Positions 54,501 through 64,000 of a stretch of DNA of 64,000 nt are shown one piece after another. The DNA comes from Eledone cirrhosa. Taxonomy: Eukaryota. Both the position numbers and the translations under genes were made by a program. Positions within the stretch are counted from its first letter, which is position 1, and the number at the start of each line of letters is the position of its first letter. The DNA is taken from NCBI GenBank assembly GCA_964016885.1, contig OZ024764.1, positions 18,910,001 through 18,974,000 on the forward strand, written 5' to 3'. The notes beneath the pieces were generated by a model. That model worked only from the letters and a program-made list of their open reading frames with translations. It did no database searches and was not told the DNA's origin.

Positions 54501-56400
54501 ATGCAGGTTTCACAACAAAAAGTACCCAGTCCACACTGTAATGTGGTCATGTAGGTGTCACAACAAAAGGTACCCAGTCCACACTGTCAACTGGTCATGT
54601 ATCTGTCACAACAAAAAGTACCCAGTCCACACTGTAATGTGGTCAGGTAGGTGTCACAACAAAAAGTACCCAGTCCACACTGTAAAGTGGTCATGTATGT
54701 GTCACAACAAAAAGGACCCAGTCCACACTGTAAAGTGGTCAGGTAGGTGTCATAACAAAAAGTACCCAGTCCACACTGTAGAGTGGTCAGGTAGGTATCA
54801 TGACAAAAGTACCCAGTCCACACTGTAAAGTGGTCATGTAGGTGTCACAACAAAAAGTACCCAGTCCACACTGTAAAGTGGTCATGTAGGTGTCTTAACA
54901 AAAAGTACCCAGTCCACACTGTAAAGTGGACATGTAGGTGTCATGACAAAAAGTACCCAGTCCACACTGTAAAGTGGTCATGTAGGTGTCACAACAAAAA
55001 GTACCCAGTCCACACTGTAAAGTGGTCATGTAGGTGTCACAACAAAAAGTACCCAGTCCACACTGTAAAGTGGTCAGGTAGGTGTCACAACAAAAAGTAC
55101 CCAGTCCACACTGTAAAGTGGTCATGTAGGTGTCACAACAAAAAGTACCCAGTCCACACTGTAAAGTGGTCATGTAGGTGTCACAACAAAAAGTACCCAG
55201 TCCACCCTGTAAAGTGGTCATATATGTGTCACAACAAAAAGTACCCAGTCCACCCTGTAAAGTGGTCATGTATGTGTCACAACAAAAAGTACCCAGTCCA
55301 CCCTGTAAAGTGGTCATGTAGGTGTCACAACAAAAAGTACCTAGTCCACACTGTAAAGTGGTCATGTAGCTGTCATAGCAAAAAGTACCCAGTCCACACT
55401 GTAAAGTGGACATGTAGGTGTCATGACAAAAAGTACCCAGTCCACACTGTAAAGTGGTCATGTAGGTGTCACAACAAAAAGTACCCAGTCCACACTGTAA
55501 AGTGGTCATGTAGGTGTCACAACAAAAAGTACCCAGTCCACACTGTAAAGTGGTCAGGTAGGTGTCACAACAAAAAGTACCCAGTCCACACTGTAAAGTG
55601 GTCATGTATGTGTCACAACAAAAAGTACCCAGTCCACACTGTAAAGTGGTCTTGTAGGTCTCACAACAAAAAGTACCCACTCCACACTGTAAAGTGGTCA
55701 TGTAGGTGTCACAACAAAAAGTACCCAGTCCACACTGTAAAGTGGTCAGTTAGGTATCATGATAAAAAGTACCCAGTCCACACTGTAAAGTGGTCATGTA
55801 GGTATCATGACAAAAAGTACCCAGTCCACCCTGTAAAGTGGTCATATAGGTGTTACAACAAAAAGTACCCAGTCCACCCTGTAAAGTGGTCATGTATGTG
55901 TCACAACAAAAAGTACCCATCCACACTGTAAAGTGGTCATGTAGGTGTCACAACAAAAAGTACCCAGTCCACACTGTAATGTGGTCATGTAGGTGTCACA
56001 ACAAAAATTACTCAGTCCACACTGTAAAGTGGTCATGTAGGTGTCATAACAAAAAGTACCCAGTCCACACTGTAAAGTGGTTATGTAGGTGTCATAACCA
56101 AAAGTACCCAGTCCACACTGTAAAGTGGTCATGTAGGTGTCACAACAAAAAGTACCCAGTCCACACTGTCAAGTGGTCATGTAGGTGTCACAACAAAAAG
56201 TACCTAGTCCACACTGTAAACTGGTCATGTAGCTGTCACAACAAAAAGTACCCAGTCCACACTGTAATGTGGTCATGCAGGTTTCGCAACAAAAAGTACC
56301 AAGTCCACACTGTAGAGTGGTCAGGTAGGTATCATGACAAAAATACCCAGTCCACACTGTAAAGTGGTCATGTAGGTATCATGACAAAAAGTACCCAGTC
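33590..56400. repeat. Irregular higher-order repeat domain with reshuffled units of roughly 2.2-2.9 kb, including exact 2256-bp (47-monomer) steps
   Basis: ORF offsets 34236/36587 (2351), 34236/38313 (4077), 38313/41190 (2877), 42685/44941 and 44176/46432 (2256), 47984/50527 (2543), 50527/51150 (623). Recurrent markers: ccagactata, aaggaccc, gtcttaac, cccatcc. Confidence 0.85.
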
Positions 56401-56519
56401 CACACTCTAAAGTGGTCATGTAGGTGTCACAACAAACAACACCCAGTCCACACTGTAAAGTGGTCATGTAGGTGTCACAAAAAAAAGTACCCAGTCCACA
56501 CTGTAAAGTGGTCATGTAG

Positions 56520-57600
56520 GTGTAATAACAAAAAGTACCCAGTCCACACTGTAAAGTGGTCAGGTAGGTGTCACAACAAAAAGTACCCAGTCCACACTGT
56601 AAAGTGGTCATGTAGGTTTCACAACAAAAAGTACCCAGTCCACACTGTAATGTGGTCATGTAGGTGTCACAACAAACAGCACCCAGTCCACACTGTAAAG
56701 TGGTCATGTAGGTATCATGACAAAAAGTACCCAGTCCACCCTGTAAAGTGGTCATGTAGGTGTCACGACAAAAAGTACCCAGTCCACACTGTAAAGTGGT
56801 CATGTAGGTGTCACAACAAAAAGTACCCAGTCCACCCTGTAAAGTGGTCATGTAGGTGTCACAACAAAAAGTACCCAGTCCACACTGTAAAGTGGTCGTG
56901 TAGGTGTCACAACAAAAAGTACCCAGTCCACACTTTAAAGTGGTCATGTAGGTGTCACAACAAAAAGTACCTAGTCCACACTGTAAAGTGGTCATGTAGC
57001 TGCCACAACAAAATGTACCCAGTCCACACTGTAAAGTGGTCATGTAGGTGTCATAACAAAAAGTACCCAGTCCACACTGTAAAGTGGTCAGGTAGGTGTC
57101 ACAACAAAAAGTACCCAGTCCACACTGTAAAGTGGTCATGTAGGTTTCACAACAAAAAGTACCCAGTCCACACTGTAATGTGGTCATGTAGGTGTCACAA
57201 CAAACAGCACCCAGTCCACACTGTAAAGTGGTCATGTAGGTATCATGACAAAAAGTACCCAGTCCACCCTGTAAAGTGGTCATGTAGGTGTCACGACAAA
57301 AAGTACCCAGTCCACACTGTAAAGTGGTCATGTAGGTGTCACAACAAAAAGTACCCAGTCCACCCTGTAAAGTGGTCATGTAGGTGTCACAACAAAAAGT
57401 ACCCAGTCCACACTGTAAAGTGGTCAGGTAGGTGTCACAACAAAAAGTACCCAGTCCACACTTTAAAGTGGTCATGTAGGTGTCACAACAAAAAGTACCT
57501 AGTCCACACTGTAAAGTGGTCATGTAGCTGCCACAACAAAATGTACCCAGTCCACACTGTAAAGTGGTCATGTAGGTGTCATAACAAAAAGTACCCAGTC
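56520..57600. repeat. 528-bp (11-monomer) tandem duplication
   Basis: The variant run gtttcac, caaacagcac, tatcatgac, cactttaa, gctgccac+aaatgtac recurs at a 528-bp offset (for example 56673/57201). Confidence 0.85.
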
Positions 57601-57999
57601 CACACTGTAAAGTGGTCATGCAGGTTTCACAACAAAAAGTGCCCAGTCCACACTGTAATGTGATCATGTAGGTGTCACAACAAAAAGTACCCAGTCCACA
57701 CTGTCAAGTGGTCATGTAGGTGTCACAACAAAAAGTACCCAGTCCACACTGTAAAGTGGTCATGTAGGTGTCATAACAAAAAGTACCCAGTCCACACTGT
57801 AAAGTGGTCAGATAGGTGTCACAACAAAAAGTACCCAGTCCACACTGTAAAGTGGTCATGTAGGTGTCACAACAAAAAGTACCAAGTCCACACTGTAGAG
57901 TGGTCAGGTAGGTATCATGACAAAAAGTACCCAGTCCACACTGTAAAGTGGTCATGTAGGTGTCACAACAAACAACACCCAGTCCACACTGTAAAGTGG

Positions 58000-60900
58000 T
58001 CATGTAGGTGTCACGACAAAAAGTACCCAGTCCACCTCTGTAAAGTGATCATGTAGGTTTCACAACAAAAAGTACCCAGTCCACACTGTAATGTGGTCAT
58101 GTAGGTGTCACAACAAACAGCACCCAGTCCACACTGTAAAGTGGTCATGTAGGTATCATGACAAAAAGTACCCAGTCCACCCTGTAAAGTGGTCATGTAG
58201 GTGTCACGACAAAATGTACCCAGTCCACACTGTAAAGTGGTCATGTAGGTGTCACAACAAAAAGAACCCAGTCCACCCTGTAAAGTGGTCATGTGGGTGT
58301 CACAACAAAAAGTACCCAGTCCACACTGTAAAGTGGTCATGTAGGTGTCACAACAAAAAGTACCTAGTCCACACTGTAAAGTGGTCATGTAGCTGTCACA
58401 ACAAAAAGTACCCAGTCCACACTGTAATGTGGTCATACAGGTTTCACAACAAAAAGTACCCAGTCCACACTGTAATGTGGTCATATAGGTGTCACAACAA
58501 AAAGTACCCAGTCCACACTGTAAAGTGGTAATGTAGGTGTCACAACAAAAAGTACCCAGTCCACACTGTAAAGTGGTCATGTAGGTGTCATAACAAAAAG
58601 TACCCAGTCCACACTGTAAAGTGGTCAGGTAGGTGTCACAACAAAAAGTACCCAGTCCACACTGTAAAGTGGTCATGTAGGTGTCACAACAAAAAGTACC
58701 AAGTCCACACTGTAGAGTGGTCAGGTAGGTATCATGACAAAAAGTACCCAGTCCACACTGTAAAGTGGTCATGTAGGTATCATGACAAAAAGTACCCAAT
58801 CCACACTGTAATGTGGTCATACAGGTGTTACAACAAAAAGTACCCAGTCCACCCTGTAAAGTGGTCATGTATGTGTCACAACAAAAAGTACCCAGTCCAC
58901 ACTGTAAAGTGGTCATGTAGGTGTCACAACAAAAAGTACCCAGTCCACACTGTAAAGTGGTCATGTAGGTGTCACAACAAAAAGTACCCAGTGCACCCTG
59001 TAAAGTGGTCATATAGGTGTCACAACAAAAAGTACCCAGTCCACCCTGTAAAGTGGTCATGTATGTGTCACAACAAAAAGTACCCAGTCCACACTGTAAA
59101 GTGGTCATGTAGGTGTCACAACAAAAAGTACCCAGTCCACACTGTAATGTGGTCATGTAGGTGTCACAACAAAAAGTACTCAGTCCACACTGTAAAGTGG
59201 TCATGTAGGTGTCATAACAAAAAGTACCCAGTCCACACTGTAAAGTGGTCATGTAGGTGTCATAACCAAAAGTACCCAGTCCACAGTGTAAAGTGGTCAT
59301 GTAGGTGTCACAACAAAAAGTACCCAGTCCACACTATAATGTGGTCATGTAGGTGTCACAACAAAAAGTACTCAGTCCACACTGTAAAGTGGTCATGTAG
59401 GTGTCATAACAAAAAGTACCCAGTCCACACTGTAAAGTGGTTATGTAGGTGTCATAACCAAAAGTACCCAGTCCACACTGTAAAGTGGTCATGTAGGTGT
59501 CACAACAAAAAGTACCCAGTCCACACTGTCAAGTGGTCATGTAGGTGTCACAACAAAAAGTACCTAGTCCACACTGTCAACTGGTCATGTAGCTGTCACA
59601 ACAAAAAGTACCCAGTCCACACTGTAATGTGGTCATGCAGGTTTCACAACAAAAAGTACCCAGTCCACACTGTAAAGTGGTCATGTAGGTGTCACAACAA
59701 AAAGTACCCAGTCCACACTGTAAAGTGGTCGTGTAGGTGTCACAACAAAAAGTACCCAGTCCACACTTTAAAGTGGTCATGTAGGTGTCACAACAAAAAG
59801 TACCTAGTCCACACTGTAAAGTGGTCATGTAGGTGTCATAACAAAATGTACCCAGTCCACACTGTAAAGTGGTCATGTAGGTGTCACAACAAAAAGTACC
59901 CAGTCCACACTGTAAAGTGGTCATGTAGGTGTCACAACAAAAAGTACCCAGTCCACACTGTAAAGTGGTCATGTAGGTTTCACAACAAACAGCACCCAGT
60001 CCACACTGTAAAGTGGTCATGTAGGTATCATGACAAAAAGTACCCAGTCCACCCTGTAAAGTGGTCATGTAGGTGTCACGACAAAAAGTACCCAGTCCAC
60101 ACTGTAAAGTGGTCATGTAGGTGTCACAACAAAAAGTACCTAGTCCACACTGTAAAGTGGTCATGTAGCTGCCACAACAAAATGTACCCAGTCCACACTG
60201 TAAAGTGGTCATGTAGGTGTCATAACAAAAAGTACCCAGTCCACACTGTAAAGTGGTCATGCAGGTTTCACAACAAAAAGTACCCAGTCCACACTGTCAA
60301 GTGGTCATGTAGGTGTCACAACAAAAAGTACCCAGTCCACACTGTCAAGTGGTCATGTAGGTGTCACAACAAAAAGTACCCAGTCCACACTGTAAAGTGG
60401 TCATATAGGTGTCATAACAAAAAGTACCCAGTCCACACTGTAAAGTGGTCAGATAGGTGTCACAACAAAAAGTACCCAGTCCACACTGTAAAGTGGTCAT
60501 GTAGGTGTCACGACAAAAAGTACCCAGTCCACCTCTGTAAAGTGATCATGTAGGTTTCACAACAAAAAGTACCCAGTCCACACTGTAATGTGGTCATGTA
60601 GGTGTCACAACAAACAGCACCCAGTCCACACTGTAAAGTGGTCATGTAGGTATCATGACAAAAAGTACCCAGTCCACCCTGTAAAGTGGTCATGTAGGTG
60701 TCACGACAAAATGTACCCAGTCCACACTGTAAAGTGGTCATGTAGGTGTCACAACAAAAAGAACCCAGTCCACCCTGTAAAGTGGTCATGTAGGTGTCAC
60801 AACAAAAAGTACCCAGTCCACACTGTAAAGTGGTCATGTAGGTGTCACAACAAAAAGTACCTAGTCCACACTGTAAAGTGGTCATGTAGCTGTCACAACA

Positions 60901-63250
60901 AAAAGTACCCAGTCCACACTGTAATGTGGTCATACAGGTTTCACAACAAAAAGTACCCAGTCCACACTGTAATGTGGTCATATAGGTGTCACAACAAAAA
61001 GTACCCAGTCCACACTGTAAAGTGGTAATGTAGGTGTCACAACAAAAAGTACCCAGTCCACACTGTAAAGTGGTCATGTAGGTGTCATAACAAAAAGTAC
61101 CCAGTCCACACTGTAAAGTGGTCAGGTAGGTGTCACAACAAAAAGTACCCAGTCCACACTGTAAAGTGGTCATGTAGGTGTCACAACAAAAAGTACCAAG
61201 TCCACACTGTAGAGTGGTCAGGTAGGTATCATGACAAAAAGTACCCAGTCCACACTGTAAAGTGGTCATGTAGGTATCATGACAAAAAGTACCCAATCCA
61301 CACTGTAATGTGGTCATACAGGTGTTACAACAAAAAGTACCCAGTCCACCCTGTAAAGTGGTCATGTATGTGTCACAACAAAAAGTACCCAGTCCACACT
61401 GTAAAGTGGTCATGTAGGTGTCACAACAAAAAGTACCCAGTCCACACTGTAAAGTGGTCATGTAGGTGTCACAACAAAAAGTACCCAGTCCACACTGTAA
61501 AGTGGTCAGGTAGGTATCATGACAAAAAGTACCCAGTCCACACTGTAAAGTGGTCATGTAGGTATCATGACAAAAAGTACCCAGTCCACACTGTAAAGTG
61601 GTCATGTAGGTGTCACAACAAAAAGTACCCAGTGCACCCTGTAAAGTGGTCATATAGGTGTCACAACAAAAAGTACCCAGTCCACCCTGTAAAGTGGTCA
61701 TGTATGTGTCACAACAAAAAGTACCCAGTCCACACTGTAAAGTGGTCATGTAGGTGTCACAACAAAAAGTACCCAGTCCACACTGTAATGTGGTCATGTT
61801 GGTGTCACAACAAAAAGTACTCAGTCCACACTGTAAAGTGGTCATGTAGGTGTCATAACAAAAAGTACCCAGTCCACACTGTAAAGTGGTCATGTAGGTG
61901 TCATAACCAAAAGTACCCAGTCCACAGTGTAAAGTGGTCATGTAGGTGTCACAACAAAAAGTACCCAGTCCACACTATAATGTGGTCATGTAGGTGTCAC
62001 AACAAAAAGTACTCAGTTAACACTGTAAAGTGGTCATGTAGGTGTCATAACAAAAAGTACCCAGTCCACACTGTAAAGTGGTTACGTAGGTGTCATAACC
62101 AAGAGTACCCAGTCCACACTGTAAAGTGGTCATGTAGGTGTCACAACAAAAAGTACCCAGTCCACACTGTCAAGTGGTCATGTAGGTGTCACAACAAAAA
62201 GTACCTAGTCCACACTGTCAACTGGTCATGTAGCTGTCACAACAAAAAGTATCCAGTCCACACTGTAATGTGGTCATGCAGGTTTCACAACAAAAAGTAC
62301 CCAGTCCACACTGTAATGTGGTCATGTAGGTGTCACAACAAAAGGTACCCAGTCCACACTGTCAAGTGGTCATGTAGGTGTCACAACAAAAAGTACCCAG
62401 TCCACACTGTAAAGTGGTCATGTAGGTGTCATAACAAAAAGTACCCAGTCCACACTGTAAAGTGGTCAGGTAGGTGTCACAACAAAAAGTACCCAGTCCA
62501 CACTGTAAAGTGGTCATGTAGGTGTCACAACAAAAAGTACCAAGTCCACACTGTAGAGTGGTCAGGTAGGTATCATGACAAAAAGTACCCAGTCCACACT
62601 GTAAAGTGGTCATGTAGGTATCATGACAAAAAGTACCCAGTCCACACTGTAAAGTGGTCATGTAGGTGTCACAACAAACAACACCCAGTCCACACTGTAA
62701 AGTGGTCATGTAGGTGTCACGACAAAAAGTACCCAGTCCACCTCTGTAAAGTGGTCATGTAGGTTTCACAACAAAAAGTACCCAGTCCACACTGTAATGT
62801 GGTCATGTAGGTGTCACAACAAACAGCACCCAGTCCACACTGTAAAGTGGTCATGTAGGTAACATGACAAAAAGTACCCAGTCCACCCTGTAAGGTGGTC
62901 ATGTAGGTGTCACGACAAAGAGTACCCAGTCCACACTGTAAAGTGGTCATGTAGGTGTCACAACAAAAAGTACCCAGTCCACCCTGTAAAGTGGTCATGT
63001 AGGTGTCACAACAAAAAGTACCCAGTCCACACTGTAAAGTGGTCATGTAGGTGTCACAACAAAAAGTACCTAGTCCACACTGTAAAGTGGTCATGTAGCT
63101 ATCACAACAAAAAGTACCCAGTCCACACTGTAATGTGGTCATACAGGTTTCACAACAAAAAGTACCCAGTCGACACTGTAATGTGGTCATATAGGTGTCA
63201 CAACAAAAAGTACCCAGTCCACACTGTAAAGTGGTCATGTAGGTGTCACA
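58000..63250. repeat. Higher-order duplications, offsets 2497 bp and 2209 bp
   Basis: ORF pairs 58011/60508/62717, 58091/60588 and 58811/61308. Each unit starts at the +1 ccacctctg monomer. Confidence 0.85.
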
Positions 63251-64000
63251 ACAAAAAGTACCCAGTCCACACTGTAAAGTGGACATGTAGGTGTCATGAC
63301 AAAAAGTACCCAGTCCACACTGTAAAGTGGTCATGTAGGTGTCACAACAAAAAGTACCCAGTCCACACTGTAAAGTGGTCATGTAGGTGTCACAACAAAA
63401 AGTACCCAGTCCACACTGTAAAGTGGTCATGTAGGTGTCACAACAAAAAGTACCCAGTCCACACTGTAAAGTGGTCATGTAGGTGTCATAACAAAAAGTA
63501 CCCAGTCCACACTGTAGAGTGGTCAGGTAGGTATCATGACAAAAAGTACCCAGTCCACACTGTAAAGTGGTCATGTAGGTGTCACAACAAAAAGTACCCA
63601 GTCCACACTGTAAAGTGGTCAAGTAGGTGTCATAACAAAAAGTACCCAGTCCACACTGTAAAGTGGTCAGGTAGGTGTCACAACAAAAAGTACCCAGTCC
63701 ACACTGTAAAGTGGTCATGTAGGTCTCACAACAAAAAGTACCCAGTCCACACTGTAAAGTGGTCATGTAGGTGTCATAACAAAAAGTACCCAGTCCACAC
63801 TGTAAAGTGGTCAGGTAGGTGTCACAACAAAAAGTACCCAGTCCACACTGTAAAGTGGTAATGTAGGTGTCATAACCAAAAGTACCCAGTCCACAGTGTA
63901 AAGTGGTCATGTAGGTGTCACAACAAAAAGTACCCAGTCCACACTATAATGTGGTCATGTAGGTGTCACAACAAAAAGTACTCAGTCCACACTGTAAAGT

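Larger units (their letters stand above)
1..64000. repeat. 48-bp tandem satellite array, about 1,330 head-to-tail monomers in one orientation, running off both window ends
   Basis: The consensus AAGTACCCAGTCCACACTGTAAAGTGGTCATGTAGGTGTCACAACAAA recurs every 48 bp from base 1 to 64000. Most monomers differ by 0-3 substitutions, with occasional 47- or 49-bp units. The ORF track shows the matching 16-aa periodicity on both strands. Confidence 0.99.

Noticed and set aside
6556-63820. Short regulatory motifs (CAGGTAG Zelda or splice-donor-like variant, AGGTGTCA T-box-like, TGTCA TALE, AGGTCA)
   Set aside because: Matches of 5-8 bp are expected by chance and are multiplied by the repeat. No gene or host context supports a function.
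420-63910. Over a hundred ORFs on both strands as real protein-coding genes
   Set aside because: All are translations of the 48-bp unit. They have no unique domain or signal peptide, overlap on opposite strands, start and stop at sporadic variants or shared frameshifts, and most variants change amino acids.
1-64000. CRISPR array
   Set aside because: There are no unique spacers (the whole 48 bp is repeated), no leader and no cas genes.
1-64000. Satellite-encoded hammerhead ribozyme, as in newt or schistosome satellites
   Set aside because: The consensus has no CTGANGA plus GAAA core on either strand.
1-64000. Assignment to a named satellite (human 48-bp CER, alpha satellite, telomeric repeat)
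   Set aside because: Only the unit length resembles CER, and I recognise no sequence match, CENP-B box or telomeric motif. A Dfam/Repbase/BLAST search would be needed.
1-64000. Nucleosome phasing or intrinsic curvature (3x48=144, 4x48=192, A5 tract per unit)
   Set aside because: A-tracts 48 bp apart are out of helical phase and no consistent trimer or tetramer periodicity of variants was seen.
1-64000. Variant pattern as a programmed code or diversity-generating cassette
   Set aside because: The variant order is explained by nested duplications. No reverse transcriptase, recombinase, template/variable region pair, inversion or inserted element is present.

Overview
The whole 64-kb window is one uninterrupted, head-to-tail, single-orientation tandem array of a 48-bp monomer (about 1,330 copies). 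The consensus is AAGTACCCAGTCCACACTGTAAAGTGGTCATGTAGGTGTCACAACAAA (about 44% GC, no CpG). There is no unique sequence, no array boundary, no recognisable gene, RNA gene or transposon, and no CRISPR spacers. It looks like eukaryotic satellite DNA; the organism and family cannot be named from the sequence. All ORFs in the track (up to 2,379 aa) arise because 48 is a multiple of 3 and one frame per strand lacks a stop. The information is in the variant monomers. They record nested, irregular multi-kb duplications (offsets 2111, 3647, 3745, 6386, 3312, about 2.3 kb, 2497) and layered variant domains. They also show a decaying-CpG signature at one site and a 9-substitution monomer that forms a quasi-palindromic hairpin. 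The most unusual, and speculative, observation is that the monomer has the layout of a RAG 23-RSS: CACACTG/CACAGTG, a 24-bp spacer, then ACAAAAAGT. I found no firm evidence of a new gene system. Duplication boundaries were estimated by eye and are approximate.
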